A stretch of DNA of 64,000 bases from the human T2T-CHM13v2.0 reference genome, Homo sapiens: assembly GCF_009914755.1 (NCBI RefSeq), contig NC_060927.1; one strand, given 5' to 3'. Positions 24,846-40,895 of the stretch are shown here, one piece after another; within the stretch, counting starts at the first letter, position 1; the number at the start of each line of letters is the position of its first letter. The notes under the pieces were generated by a model. The model made no database searches and had not been told where the DNA came from. It saw only the letters and a program-made list of their open reading frames with translations. The position numbers and the translations under genes were made by a program.

Positions 24846-26734
24846 TCATAATGCTGACATGGGAAAGTCATACTTTGAGAGATGGCTTCTTTCATCTACT
24901 TTCCCCCAACCATCTAAAAATGGAGCAAGTCAGTGGATGAACAGTGTGGCATTCAAACATTCTAGCCAGAAATTATTAACCAAATGATGGCTACTAAGGG
25001 AGAAATAAGAGTTTCTTTAATTTCATAGTATTAAAGGATGTTGTTTGAATAAGTTAAAATTCGCTAAGTCTTGGTCTCCAGAGAATGAAGTTTAAGTTAT
25101 ATATGTGTTCCCCACACAAAGAATGAATAAATTGGAGCTTACTGGAGCCAGAACTGACTTTCAAGGTTATTTATTCCAACTGCCATGGTATGTATGAGGT
25201 TGCTAAGGCCCAGAAAGCAAAGGTGACACAGCACTGAACCTGGCACAGGTGCCAGAAATAGAACCCAAAGTACTTGACTCTCAATCCAGAACTCCCTGCT
25301 TCATATGTGGGTCTCAAACCGAGAGGCTTGTTAAAAATGCAGGTTCCCATGTCTCACCCCACAAGGATGGAAGCATAATCTCCAAGGAGACATGTGTTTA
25401 GCAATGTTGAAATGCTTTTAAAAATTGAGTCTGCCTCTCTCTCAATTTCAAAGCAGAAAGTTTAACTGCATGAAATCAGGAAAGGCAAAGCTGTCAAGTT
25501 AGAGGAAGGAATTTACTGTCTCAGTAATTCTCTAAGATCTTGAAGAGCTGAGATTGGCTACTTTTCAAATCAGGGAAGACAACTTTGGCGGGCTTTTGGA
25601 AACATGATAGTAATTGAGATTCAGGAGGGATGTGACAGGTCTCATTCTGTACAATTGGGGAATTCATTCATCTCTAACCACCCAGGTATTCATTTAGTTT
25701 GAAAGAAAATGATGTATTTGTGCTAGATTTCTGCTATTTTTTCAGGGCCCGTATCTTCCTCTACCCATCAGATAGGGATGGATTTTTGTCCTCTATTCAA
25801 TCTCAAGCATAGATAAAGTGATTGCATCACCAGCCGAATCCTTAAGGACAATTGGCGCCCATACCACACTTGGCTTGGGAGCACATATATGGGTCAGTGA
25901 GTATCAAGTGTGGAGCTGACTTGGCAGCCAAGCAATAAACCTGCAGTGATGGGCACAATTACAGCTCAGTTCTCAAAACCAAAGATCACACAGTTTGAAT
26001 AGAGGTGTACAATTTCCAAAGCTATCAATTGTCCCAGGGTTGAATTGAGAGACGACGACAGATTAAATGCAGACAGCTGTATTTATATTGTGTCCCTTCC
26101 AAAAGTCCAGTTTGGGTTTTATAGTGAAGTGGCAAAAAGACGAGAGGACAATTTTTTTTTTTAAAAAAAAAAGATGGTTCCGACTTGAGAAAGGTTATTA
26201 AAGGACTCAGGTGTGCTACGATTGTGAGATGCAAAAATCCCATTTTTAAGATAGTGACAAAAATGACATTTTGTACACAGACCCAAGTCTTGTTATGACA
26301 GTAACTTTCAGATGAAAAATTCCATAATTCCAGTCTAACAAGAGGTGGTTTGAGGAGAAACTCTCCAGTAAAATCACATGAAGTTTTCAGTCTTTCCACT
26401 AGAGGTCATGCCTTCCTAATTTTTCTTTAGTTGCTGGACTGGCTGCAACCCAAAAAGTAAGGCCTGAGGTTGAACATAAATTTTTAAAATTAATACCTGA
26501 TTTTACTGGTATGCTTTCAAAGTGAGTGAGAACACAGTGCTTCTTGCCGGTGAATTTCAAATGCCCACATGCTGTTTGCAGCAATTCTACTGTCACGATG
26601 GGATGTCACATCGTCGTTGGTAAGATTCACAGCTTTGAGGTGAACAAGGAAGACAGAAAAGAAGGATGCCAGAAAGGATGATGTGGATGCCGTGATAGAA
26701 AGATTATTAATTTAGGATACAGGCACGCTTGAAT

Positions 26735-26900
26735 GTGGACCTTAGCTTCATGATTTATTAGCTGTGTGGCATCTGGATAAGTTACTTGACTTTCTGAAAC
26801 TTCAGTTTCCCCATTAAAAAAAAATGGGGGTAATATCATCTTTCTCATAAGGTTCTTGGGACACTTAATTGAAACAGTTACATAAAGCTCCAAGCAGAGT
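26735..26900. mobile_element. MIR SINE remnant
   Basis: TTTATTAGCTGTGTGGCATCTGGATAAGTTACTTGACTTTCTGAAACTTCAGTTTCCCC...AAAATGGGGGTAATA. Confidence 0.65.
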
Positions 26901-27336
26901 TTCTGGAACTTTGCAATCCTGAGAAAATGTAATTGTATTTTTAAAATCACATTCTGTTCACACTTCTGTAGGTTAATGAATAACACTCGTCTTTATCCTG
27001 TTATTTGGGCATGTGACTTTTAAAAATAAATATTCCAATACTTTTTCTATCTATTCTATCACTTCCCTCCCTGTTTTTCTTTTAATTTTAGTTTTTATTT
27101 AGTAATGTAGTCATGTGGTTCAACATTCAACAGCACAGACGTGACCCTGGAGGGGAGGATCTGTGTTTGAGTCACCCCTTTATTACCAAGAGCTCCTCAT
27201 GCAGTGCTTTGTAATGCAAGTAACTGTGTGTCAAGTAATGTGGGTTGAGTGGGTGAAACCTCTTGACAACTCTGTCAGCTTTGTAAGGGACAGAAAACAC
27301 TCTGAATGAAAAGTTAGCACAAAGCACCTGGTAGAT

Positions 27337-27408
27337 AGGAGAGAGGGAAGGAGGGAAGGAGGGAAGGAAGAAGGGAAAGAAGTGAGAGAAAGGAAGGGAA
27401 AGAAACAG
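27337..27408 (+). repeat. GA-rich polypurine low-complexity tract, (GAGGGAAG)n-like
   Basis: Almost pure purine run read directly. Confidence 0.8.
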
Positions 27409-27539
27409 ATATACTGATTTTTACAGTTAGTTTTAGCTTAATATAATCTTTTACAGGACTCAATCATGACAGCTAGCATCACTGCAAACAGTAAATCTGT
27501 CATCATTAAACAGGTACCACCAGAGCCCTGCACCATCAC

Positions 27540-28200
27540 TCAGTTGACAAATACTTCAGATTCTGTCCTTAAAATGTTTGTGGTGTAGTGTCCTTCCTGC
27601 ACACCCCATGCCACTGTGTGTCACTGTAACAGTCCAGCCAGGGTCCTCACATCTCTCACAGGGACAACTGCAATACCTCCGAACTACACTCTGTTCCCAC
27701 CACCGCACCCAGCATAGGCTGCCAGAAGGAGCTTCTTGAAGGATGGGCTCTAATCACATCACTCACCTGCTCAAAATCCTTCCACGGTGCCCCCATCTCC
27801 ATAGCCAAGGCCTCCCCCACTCTGAGGCCAATCTCCATTTTCGTCCCTGTCTTAACTGCTCCCTTATGTTCTTAATTGGCCCCAGCCCCCAAACGGATCC
27901 CCCACAATATGCTAGTCCCCCAAATATGTCCAGTGTTTTCCAGTCCCCAAGCCTCTACTTGTTCTCTTCAGTGTGCCCTCCCTCCTTGCCTGCTGAAATC
28001 CTGCCAATTCTACCCACCTAAAAGCTTTTGCCTCCTAACCTTACTCCACAATCATACAAATTATTTCCTGTCCCCCTTCATACAGCATTTGTACTACAGC
28101 TATTTGAGCTCATTCTCATGTCTCACATGAGACCATGAGTTTTTTGAAGACAGGAACGGAGCCTTATTCACCTGCATCCCCCTGTGTTCTGTGTCTGGGG
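27540..28200. mobile_element. L2 LINE remnants
   Basis: TCTAATCACATCACTCACCTGCTCAAAATCCTTCCACGGTGCCCCAT and GAGTTTTTTGAAGACAGGAAC..GCCTTATTCACC resemble the L2 3' end. Confidence 0.55.
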
Positions 28201-30717
28201 TTTAGGCCACTGATATCTAGAAACAGTCTGACCTACTACAGAATATGTCACTGTAACATGAACTGCTTGTACAGGACTGGCAGATAGGAAAATGATGTCA
28301 GCACAATTAAAAGTTGGATTGCTTTCACATGCAATTTTCCTAGAATGCTAATATTTTGTACAATCAAGAACTAGCAGCTAAAAAAAATGTACTCAAACAC
28401 AGAATACAGCAAGTCACAGAGTTCTCAGCTCAGACAGACATGTGGTTCTTGGTTCAGAAAGTATGTGGCTTTTCTTTTTGTATTGTTGCCTATGATCTTA
28501 CTTCATTGTATCCTTGTCTCCAAAATTCAACAACTTTTCCTTACAATCCATCAAGCCATCTTCAACCATTTTTAAAGGTAAAGTCCTTTTTAGAGTGGTA
28601 TTTCTTTATCTTTTCATGTTTCTTTTGCTTTTGTTAATGTCCTGGTTACAAAGTCAAATAGGTTTTGGGGGATATGGTCATAACTCTGCTTTTCCTATAA
28701 GTCATGCTGGTTTTTTTAATGCAATTATGCAGAATATGAGGATTTTAAGGAATATATATACTATATTGTTATGTAAGTGCCTAGACCAGTGCTCAACTTA
28801 ACTGGAGATAGAAGGCCAACTGCTGGTCTTAATAAATGAATGATGACAAGGTCCCTCAATACAGTTCCCTTGAATGTCAATTGTTTGAGCCAGTTCTCAA
28901 TTAACTGAATATCCGAGAGGCAGGAATTGAGTTTTTTTTTGCTAGAATCTGAACTGCCAATGGAAATGCTCTTGGGCAAGACAGGCTGACCTGACCTGGA
29001 ATATAAGTGACTCATAGTTTTCCTGGAGAGCTGAGCATGTCTGAAGAATGCTAGATCCCAGGGCTCCTGAAGAGGGAGAGGCCATCCGGGGGCAAAAGCG
29101 AAGGGAGAAGAAAAGAGAGATAGGAATCAATGTTTACAGAGTATCTGCTAAGGCCCAGTTATATATTAAGATTTACATGCAAAAATCTTTGAGACTTAAT
29201 CCTCAATTGACAAGAAAAGAAAGTCAGGCTCAGTGGTGAAGGGGTTTGCCCACGGTGACTAACACAGGGTTGCCTGAATCCAAAACACTGGCTTTTCACG
29301 GCAAGGGTGGTTTCCAAACCTAGCACAAGGGCTGGGCCTCCGGAGAAGCCCTGTAATTAGTGGAGGGTGAAGGTGGAAGATGAAGTGCAAGGAAAGAATG
29401 TGACAGTCAAGTGAGCAGAACCTGGGCCTCCCACCCCCGCTTCGACCACTTGGATCGGTTTTACATATTGGGCTTCCTCTTATGCTTCTATTTGAGGGAA
29501 GAGTCCTATAGTTTTAAAAGGGAGATGGAGAAAGGGTTAGAAAATCACTGCATCATATCAAGCTGCCTATTTCCCAATTCTGCCTGAGGCTGGCCCCTCA
29601 GCAGAAAAATAAATCAGTGCTTACAAAAGATCTTCTATGCAGACCACTGCTGGAGTGGTCCCCAAGTCCCCTCTCTAATCATTCCAAAGCTGTCTAAAAA
29701 GACTTTACTTTTCGCCAACTGTACTCACTTGTTCAACTATTTTTACCCATTTCCAGGTACTCCAGCTTGGGAGGCACCTGACATCCATCTGTGAAAGTGC
29801 AGGCAGCTTGGAGAGCAGGCCCTGCAGCTCCTGCTCTGGGGACAAGCTCTGCATCCCAAGCTCTGAACCTGAAGCAGGACACCCAGGGCCTAGTCCTGGT
29901 GCTCCCTACAAGGGGGTAGGGGAATCAGCTCCTCTCCCTAGGTTTCTGTTTCCTTGGCTACCAAGTAAGTTGGGTGGAATACATGGTTTTTAATGTCCTT
30001 TCTGACTTTCAGGACTCTATACATAAATAAGTGTGTTTGTGTTTCTGTGGGGAGAGAAAGGGGAGGGAGATGCGATATTAAGAGTGAGTTTGTATAACAG
30101 CAAGTCAGAGCTAAGATGTATAAAAGTACACACCCCCCAGAAACACACAGAGGTGTATGCAGAACCTTCAGACAGATTTCTCTAAAATTTATGAGTATCA
30201 TGAAACAGATTGTAAAAAAGAAAACTATGACATTATGAACGCTGATCTAACTTAAGCACAAAGAGCAAAGTAGACCTTTAACTCCCCCGAGATAACAACT
30301 TCGGATAACACAAAAGGTAATTTCAGATCTTTCCAAAGGCCTTTCAAAGTCCAGGGATGAGGTTCTGTGTTGCAGGGAAAGGACTCGTACAGAAGTTTTG
30401 TTAAAATGATTAGAAAGAAAATAACAGGCACTGGATTTACAGCCAGTCTCTGGGCAATGAACGATTTGTCACCTTTTTCTTCTGTTATTGATTCTCGCCT
30501 ATAGACAGACGAGGAATGACTGCTGATGAAAGCGTCTGCGTAGCGGCCACTCAGACTGTGTCAAATATTCCTCCGGCGTCCCGCCCCGGGCTCTCTCTGC
30601 AAAGGCCCAACCTCCTCACAGATGCTCCGCTGCCTCGTTCAGCCAGCATCTGGAGGTACAACTTCTGACTACCTAACTCGCGCTCCACCCTGTTTTCCAT
30701 CCCCCCAAATCTTATTT

Positions 30718-30950
30718 TCTGACACAGGGGCTCGCTCTGTCACCCAGGCTGAAATGCAACGGTGTGATCACGGCTCACTCCAGCCTCAAACTCTTGGGCT
30801 CAAGCAATCCTCTCACCTCAGCCTTTTGAGTAATCAGGACTACAGGCGGTGCCACCACACCCAGCTTTTTTTTTTATATATTTTTTGTAGAGATGAGGTC
30901 TCGCTATGTTGCTGAGGCTAGTCCCGAACTCCTGGCCTCAAGCCATCCTT
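30718..30950 (-). mobile_element. AluJ-type element, 5'-truncated
   Basis: GACACAGGGGCTCGCTCTGTCACCCAGGCTG...GATCACGGCTCACT...GTAGAGATGAGGTCTCGCTATGTTG...CCTGGCCTCAAGCCATCC. Confidence 0.85.
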
Positions 30951-33312
30951 CACACCCATCCCTCACAAATCCATTTTAAACAAACAAACAGAACATTACG
31001 TACCCTTCAAATAACAATGAACACATCGTTTATTTGACTAATGCTGCTGCCTTCCTGATATTGCTAATGTCACTATCCACCACCACCTGGGCTCTTAATA
31101 ACATCACTCATTTACTGGGCACCTACTTTGGGCCAAAAGGTTTCTTGTGAATTGTTATTAATCTTTATAATGCCCTCTTATGATGAAGACCTTGAGGTTA
31201 AATAAATGCTCAAAGTTACATAGTCAGTGGATCTGATAGCTGAACCAAGCTCTCTGACTCCAAAGGTAGGGTTGACTCACAAACATTTCATCCAGGTCAG
31301 TAGTGTGAACTATCCACACCTGCTCCCACCTCATTCCTCAACCTCATCTCACAACTTCGCTATTGCCCTGGGAGACCGCAGAGCACCTGCAGTTTTCAAA
31401 CACTATGGGATCCAGAAATGAAGGAAGCTGGGAGATCCAGGCACAAGCAGGGAGCACCAAACCTAGAGGCAAGTTCTCAGTCCAGAATTTTCTGCCCCTT
31501 CCCTCTCTTCTTGCCTAATTCTACCAATTAGGTTCATTGTCACGATTAAAAGGGAAACTGGAAATTGCTTTCTGGAAGTTAAGGCGCTAATTAACATTTA
31601 CTCTTTGGTTTAAATGTCTGGAATTGGAGAACAACATTCTTAACGCAGCAAAGAACACCAGCCCTGCCACAGTGGGAGTTGGATTCAGAGTTGACTGAGT
31701 GATTTGGAGGTCTACAAAGTGCCATGATGGGCCGTCAGGGTCCTGGATGGTCCTGAGGACAGAAGTAGGAGACAGGGAGGCAGCAAGAGGCAGCACCCAG
31801 GAAACCCTTTGTCAATTTCAAAACTGTGCTCAATTTTTTTCTCTTCCTCTTCCTTTCCCTCCCCTCCTATACAGCCTCCTACTCCCCAAACCCAAGATAA
31901 TAGGATGAGTACTGCATTCCGGTTGCAAACTGAGTTAAAATGGCACCTGTGAACCCAGGCATTATTTGAAATGTCTTTACATGGAAATACGTGATCTGAT
32001 TCTAAACAAACAAGTGTATACCTATCGCATTTCTAAATGTGAGGGAGCTATTACTCACAGCAAGTCCCTGAGAAGCTAATTAAATGTGCCACAAACAAGC
32101 ATAACAGTCCAACAGAAAAAAGGCGGGGTGGGGGTGGGAGGTTGGAATGGGGCATCTGCTTAAAGTTTTCATTCCTAATAAGAGATGTTTCTAAATTGAG
32201 TTGAAGAGAGCTTGTGATACATTGGAGAGTCACTTACACTGTTTCACTTCAATTACTGGTTTCTCCCCAAAATAAGATTCAACAGAAAAGGTGACAGGAG
32301 TTCACCTCAGATACCAGTCTCAACAGGCATGGAGGCAGAGACTTCATTAATAGTATAGGAACTCACCAAGTAACTTTATTCCTCCCACCCCTTTTGGATA
32401 TCCACATAGAAGTTCTCCTAATAGATGTAAGAGCAAATGCAAATCACTGGCATTGTAAAGAATAAGGTCCACCACGGGGAAGTGCTACTGGGGACCACGA
32501 GGAAGCATGAAGGCCAAAACTTAGAAAGAGTCTGACCTATTCCCGATGAGCCAGTGATTTTTCCCCGTGGCCATGGTCAGGTCACTGTATCCTTTACGGC
32601 TTTTGCTTTTCTGCGTGCAAAACAGAAATATTCCACTGATCACATTCATTCACTTTGTAACTGCACAGACCCTTAGAACATCTAATGTAACTGCTTCCTT
32701 GTATGGATGAGAACACTGAATGTCAAAGAGGTACTGCTGGTAGTTAGAGGCCACGCAGCTAGTCAGTGTTAGAACTAAGATAATTAGGGCAAGGTCTCCT
32801 GATTCTTAAACGAGCACTCCGACACCCTGGTATCAGTCAAGTATTACCACGCAGAGGTGATGAGATCACCTGAAAACGTGTAAACCTATATCCTTACAGG
32901 ACAGTCTGGCCATCACCCTAATGGCAACATTCAGTTGACATTCAATCTCCATAGTTTCTACTAAACGGATATGATAAAATATAATAAAATACGCCATATC
33001 TGATACATTTATAAGCCAGTATAATATTCATTTAAAGTTAAATCTACCTTTTAAATACACATCTAAATTATTTTCACACCAAAGATCCTATGTTCTAGTT
33101 TATTTACAGGTGGTGTTAACCAAACACATTTAAAATAAAATCAAAATCACCTGCAAAGAAATTGTTTAGGTTTAATTTTAATTCATGTCATACAAAAATG
33201 AATCCAATTTGCTTTAAAAACATTGAGTAAATGTCTGACAATCTCTATAATGACTTGCAACTAGAGAATTCCTAACTGCGTCTACTCGCTGCTTCACAAA
33301 ACACATTTCTCT

Positions 33313-33624
<312 letters not shown>

Positions 33625-34432
33625 CTACTCAGAGCTTGACAGGAAAAAGAATACTTATGGCTAGCTTGGACTGTAAGACATATATTCATGTGTGTAAAAG
33701 GTTAATTTAGAACTCCAGTACTCATGTTAACCTGTTTTATTCAAATAAAGTTTTTTAATAAAACTGACAGATTAACAGAGTAAAAAAAAAATTTAAACTG
33801 TGGAAATAATAATTGTTTCCCATGCCAAAACATAGCAGAAATACTTCTATCTGAGGACATCTAGATGGCCTAACAACCTTTGAGGAAAAGACAGTGAAAA
33901 TCACTGCATTTCAGGAACTTGTTTTTGAGAGACCTCAGTGAGTACAAAAGACAATGTCTAGTTTTGTAATACATCCAGCTTCACCAAGAGAACACGGAAC
34001 AGTAGGAATAGGGTTAGATCACTGAGGGATGTAAATTCCGAAGGAAGAATTTAGGACCTCACCCCTTAAAACCATGTTATCCATCTTCCCACTTGGACCG
34101 AAAGCTTTTTCTGAGGACAAGAACAATGTCACACCCCAGTGTCTAAGGCCCTCATAGTAAAAATTCAATTTGTTGGATCAAAGAAAAAATAAATTGCTCA
34201 AGTAGGTTGGGAGATGTAATAAGACCTCAAATAATGTGGCAAAACATTCATGTATTTTAAATTTTTTTTAATGATGGAAAGTTTAAAGTTGGAGTTTATA
34301 GAAAATAAGGGGACATGATGGATTATGAGAGGAAGCTTCTAGAAGAGGTAATATCTTGAGTTGACCCTTTGAAGAAGAAAGGGATTCAGAGAGATGGGAA
34401 GATGGCTTAGCCATTACATGGTCTGATTTCTG

Positions 34433-34464
34433 AAAATAAATAAATAAATAAATAAATAAATAAA
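34433..34464 (+). repeat. (AAAT)n microsatellite
   Basis: Read directly. Confidence 0.85.
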
Positions 34465-36732
34465 GTTTCTGGACATCAATTGCCTTGTGTGAAATGATTA
34501 GTATCAAAAACCTTTAAAGTATTTTCAACTCTAAAAATTTCGTTAAAATAGCTGTTTATAAAGAGGCGCTTGAGTTCAGCTATGCAGCCCACAGCCTGTA
34601 TTTAAGCAGGCAATTATAAAATATATGCATTTAAGGTTTTCATTTAAAATTATTAGCCTTTTTATAACGTCACCTGTTTGAGTGTTAACTCTTTGCCATT
34701 CATTCTTCAAAAATCACTCCAATTTATTTCCACTTCATGTTCCTACGTCAAGCAAACCGTGTTTTTTATGAAATTGTTTTTCCTCTTCTATGCCACATAT
34801 AGAAAAGGTGCGCAGAAAGTCCTAAGAGGTACACCAAACAAAGTCTATCCAAACTCTTCTTCCTCTCAATCTTTACCTTCTTATGTAAAAGATCTGCCTA
34901 AAACATTACATACCCCGAGTAGCTGTCCTTGATTATGTCTAGCTTAGCGGTCCTCCTACGTGCTCATGTTCTGCCGTGTACTCTACCCAAGAATAGCCCC
35001 AATATATTCTACTTTCCTGTCCCCCATTTAGAAAGCCAGCTCTCGAGAATCGAGGTCTGGTGATATTCAGGCCACTTACCTACTTTATTGTTTGGAGACA
35101 GGGACTCACTGTCGCCCAGGCTGGGGTGCGGTGGTGCTATCATGGCTCACTGCAGCCTGCATGCTACTTTACTTCTAGTTCCTAACACAGTAATTGGCAC
35201 ATGGTAAGCTTGCTGAATGAATGAGTAAATTAGTGGTTTGGAAAACAGAGGCCTGGATAAATGTGTGCGTAGGGGAATGCAGTTCATTTCAGGCAAATTC
35301 TCATGCCAGAGCAAGTCAAACAATGGAGTATGGAAGAGGCCTCAGAGATCATCTAGTCCAATTCCCTCATTTTCCAGAAGCCAAGGAATGTTGGCATAGT
35401 GCCCATGAAATAAAAAGAAAAAAATCAGAAAACATAAAAGAATATTAGGAAAAGCAAACATTCTCTCCTATTAAATGAAGCTTCCAGCCCACACAATCTG
35501 CAAGTGGAATTTAAATAATTAAAATTTTCACAACACTAATTGCATTTGGCCCTTATTAGTGACTTCAAATGTGTCCACCTATTACCTAATGGTGTCAAGT
35601 CTACATCTTCCAGGCTCAATTACTTAGTATGTAGATGAGGCAAGATTCTCCCTTCTCTCCCTTCTGTGTTTCTCCAGCCTTTCAATGCTCATTAGCACCT
35701 CCAACAGAAGGTAGAGGAAATGAAACTCCAATTTATCAATGTCAACTGTTGAACCAGCAAATTGCATCAGTCCCGCCCCCACATGGAAGTGTTTGGACAA
35801 TTCTGAATAAACAAGATGTTGGCAGCTGTGTTCCAATGGTTCAGTAATTGCATTGTTTCCTACTGTGCTTTATGGGTTGTGAAATGAATTTATTAAATAA
35901 CCTACACAAGGGGAATGTGGTGTGGTCTAGCAGCAACAGCTCCAGGCTGGTACTGGGAAACTGTCTACAGTTTCCCATTTTCACCACTAGTCTTGACTCC
36001 AGTTTTTCTGGTCCTCAGGCTCCTACACTATTCACGAGGATAGTAATTCTGCCCTAGGCAGTAGAGGAATCTCTAGGACTTAAAACACTATGTGCTTTTT
36101 TCTCCCCATACAGAGGTTTAACATTTATCATATTCTCCATATACTAGAACCTTGCATACTTACTTTCAGACCAAACTATGCCCTTTGAGTACAACATCCA
36201 TAACACAAAATGGTACACAGGGCTTGTAGGAAGGTAAGTTTAACTGGCCACTTAATACTGGATGACTATAGTCAGGAAAGGAAAATTGAGTCAAGGCACG
36301 TGTAGCAAATGGTGGAGGGATTTAAACACAGAGAACGGGAATCAATTCTATTGTCTTCAGTATGTTTGCCAGTTGGTATTTTGCCAGTTGTCTTGGGCTA
36401 TTAAAACTAGTTGGTGTTTTGTAAATTTAGCCTGGCTGTGTGACAGAATGAGAAATTATTTTCAAGTGAAGATGGAAAACCTACTTGTATATCATTGTGA
36501 TTATAAAAGGGAAAAATAAATTAAGTTTTAATAAAAGTCAACCCTAAACCTAGTTGACCCCATGTCAGTTAGTGTTAAACTGGCCTCTTAATCTCAGAAG
36601 GCAGACAAGTTTGAGATTACAGAGAATGCCCTCAGAGAGAATCTCCCTGCATCTCTGGTATTAGCTGGACCCTAAATAGCACAAGGTCTCCGGGTGGTTG
36701 GAGCACTTTTTTCTAGACACAGAGGAGGCTGA

Positions 36733-37128
<396 letters not shown>

Positions 37129-37772
37129 CCCTGTCTTTCTTAAAGGGCAAAAAGTATAAAAGAAAGCTTCCTCTCAAATTAAGAAGCAAAATTTCACACT
37201 TTCCAAGCTCCCCAACCTATTAACTTATAAATAGAACTTGATTCAGATCCACAGTCATTTATTGAAATTGACTCATGACCACTGGTCTGCCCAGCTGGTA
37301 TAATCACTGGCAGATTGTGTTCCCTGGGCTGGCTCACCTCCACGACGGGAACAATGATTGTGAGGGTTTAAGATGATGTGTGTGGAACACATAGCCCAGT
37401 GCTGACACTTAGAGAAGTCTATTGAAGCTGGAGAGGTACTCTACGTCCCAGCTTCTTATTTAAACCTCACAGAAGCCCTGTGATGTAGGAATTATGGTCA
37501 CTATTTCCCAGACAGAGAAGTTAAGTGGCTACTCAGGGGCATGAAGGTGGAAAGTAGAGTCAGAAACTAAAACCAGGTCTGGCTCATTCCAAATCTTACA
37601 TGCTTTCTGCAACAAGATGTTGGTGTTTATCTCTAGAACATTCTGTTCTGTCTACACTGACTTAGTGTCCTTTAAGGCACTCTTCTGAATAAACTGAAAG
37701 TTTTGCTTCCCGCTCCCCACCATAAAAGTTGAATGACATATGTGCATAGAAGTTCACTGGTAGCTTTTTGTT

Positions 37773-38133
37773 TGATATGGTTTGGCTGTGTCCCCACCCA
37801 AATCTCATCTTGAATTTTAGCTCCCATCATTACCACCTGTTGTGAGAGGGATCAGGTGGGAGATCATTGAATCATGGGATTGGTTTCCCCCATAATGTTC
37901 TCGTGGTAGTGAATAAGTCTCATGAGATCTGATGGCTTTATCTGGGGAAACCCCTTTCGCTTGGCTCTCATTCTCTTGTCTGCCGCCATATAAGACATAT
38001 CTTTTGCCTTCCGCCATGTTTGTGAGGCCTCCCCAGCCATGTGGAACTGTGAGTCCATTAAACCTCTTTTTTCTTTATAAATTACCCAGTTTTGGGTATG
38101 TCTTTATCAGCAGTGTGAAAATGGACTAATACG
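37773..38133 (+). mobile_element. THE1 (THE1B/C-like) solo LTR
   Basis: TGATATGGTTTGGCTGTGTCCCCACCCAAATCTCATCTTGAATT ... ATTAAACCTCTTT...AAATTACCCAGT...GTGAAAATGGACTAATAC. Confidence 0.93.
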
Positions 38134-38479
38134 ACGTTCTTTGGATTCTGGCTGAATGCAAATTTGTTTTATTTTCTAATTAGGAGCCCTCCAGCCAAAT
38201 TATAGGTCAACAGCCCAAAGGGCAGCACAGTGAAGTGTGGGTTTTAAAAAGCCACATACAGTGACGCATGGAGAAATGAAGATCAGCACTTGAGTCCTAC
38301 CTGGAGTGTGCTCTAGAATGGGACAGGAGGCCAAGGATCCAGCGCACCTGTGCAGCAGGAGTGGGGCCCAAGATGCCTGTGTCCCTGACTCACAAGACCT
38401 AGCAAGTCATTTCCTCATCTGGGGCCTGTTTTCTCATTTGGAAAATGGTAGATTTGGACAGGTTGATATATTTTTTTAA

Positions 38480-38880
<401 letters not shown>

Positions 38881-39514
38881 AAAACTCACCCCCTTTTAAA
38901 GATGCAGTTCGGTAAGTTTGGCAAAGGTATAAAGTTGTATAACCACCACAATTAAGACAGAATATTTCCATCACCCCAAAAAGTTTTCTCACACCCCTTT
39001 GCAGTTAATCCCCTTCCCAGCCCCCAGGCAATCTCTGTTCTGATTTATGCCTGTAGTTTTACTGTTTCCTGCATGACATATAAATGACACAGTACATAGC
39101 CTTTTATAACTAGTTTCTTTCACTTAGCATGATGCTTTTAAAGTTCACCCATTTTGTTGATTCATCAATAGCTTGCTTCTTTTTGTACAGATGTGACACA
39201 ATTTATTTATCCATTCACCGTTTTCTGGGTTTTTGCTAATATGAATAAAACTTTTGTAAACATTTGTGTATAGGCCTTTGTGTAGAAATAAATTCCATTT
39301 CTCTCAGACGAATACTTGGAAGTGCGATCGCCGTTCCATTTTTTAAGTGTGGATGTGTGTTTGACTTTCTTGTAAAGTGTCACATTATTTTAAAAAATGC
39401 TTGTACCATTCTGCATTCCTACCAGCCATGTATGGACCGGATGACATTTAATGGGCAACCTCAGATAATGACTGTTGTTCCTTTGACAAATCAATGCCTC
39501 ATGTGTGCATTCTT

Positions 39515-40083
<569 letters not shown>

Positions 40084-40163
40084 ACGTTCTTCATTTTATT
40101 CAAAAAATATATTATGAACATAGAGTTTTCCTGACTGTTAGTATGTTAATGCTTCAAAGATGA

Positions 40164-40194
40164 GTGTGTGTGAGTGTGTGTGTGTGTGTGTGTG
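40164..40194 (+). repeat. (GT)n microsatellite
   Basis: Read directly; one interruption. Confidence 0.85.
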
Positions 40195-40895
40195 GGTGTC
40201 AAAGGGAGAGAGGAGAAAAAAGATGAGGATCCACTGATGGACATCTGAGCTCTGAATAATGCATTGACACGTTTCATTTTAAGCACTGTTTAGGTTCCAT
40301 TCCGCACCCCCACCCCCTGCAAGCTAATTACCTCACCATTTTGAGCACCCAGCTGTTGCTGTCTGAAACCTGACCTTCACTATGAACACACTCACAGCTG
40401 CAGTAATCTGCCTACCTAATAATGCATGGCTCTTATCTGCTTCATACACCCCTTTCTGCAAACCAACTTCATGAGGCAGCCTCCTCTGTTTCTCTGGTTA
40501 CTTCTCCCCAAACCAGTTATCTCTCTGCAAAAGAAAAGGAGGAGGCAAGTACATCTTGAGAAGGAGAAAGGAGTTTTGGTTGCAGTGCAACCCTAGAGAT
40601 AGTGCTATTGGAAGCCTGCCTGTCTGTTCATTTTGCCACTCAACGTGTTGTTCATGGCCCAGGAGCAAAGGCATCATCTCCTCGCTAGCATGAAGAATCT
40701 CAGCCTGCATTTGGGACCTAATGAATCAGAATCTGTGCTTTAACAGAAGATCCAGTGGATCTGTAGGCATGTTAAAGTTCTACAAGTGCTAGAAAGGAAC
40801 AGAAATCACAGGGAGTTTCCATGTATTCAATTTAAGAACCGACCTATGGGTATGAGATGGTCAAGCTAATAAGGACAAAACTATGTCAAAAAGGC

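Noticed and set aside
29305-29550. Possible hAT MITE with imperfect terminal inverted repeats (GTGGTTTCCAAACC / GGTTAGAAAATCACTG)
   Set aside because: Too degenerate to assign by eye; needs Dfam or RepeatMasker.
31776-31800. CTCF-like GCAGCAAGAGGCAGCAC (and a similar GGAGGGCGCCAC at ~51998-52009)
   Set aside because: Several mismatches at high-information core positions; not supportable without a PWM scan or ChIP data.
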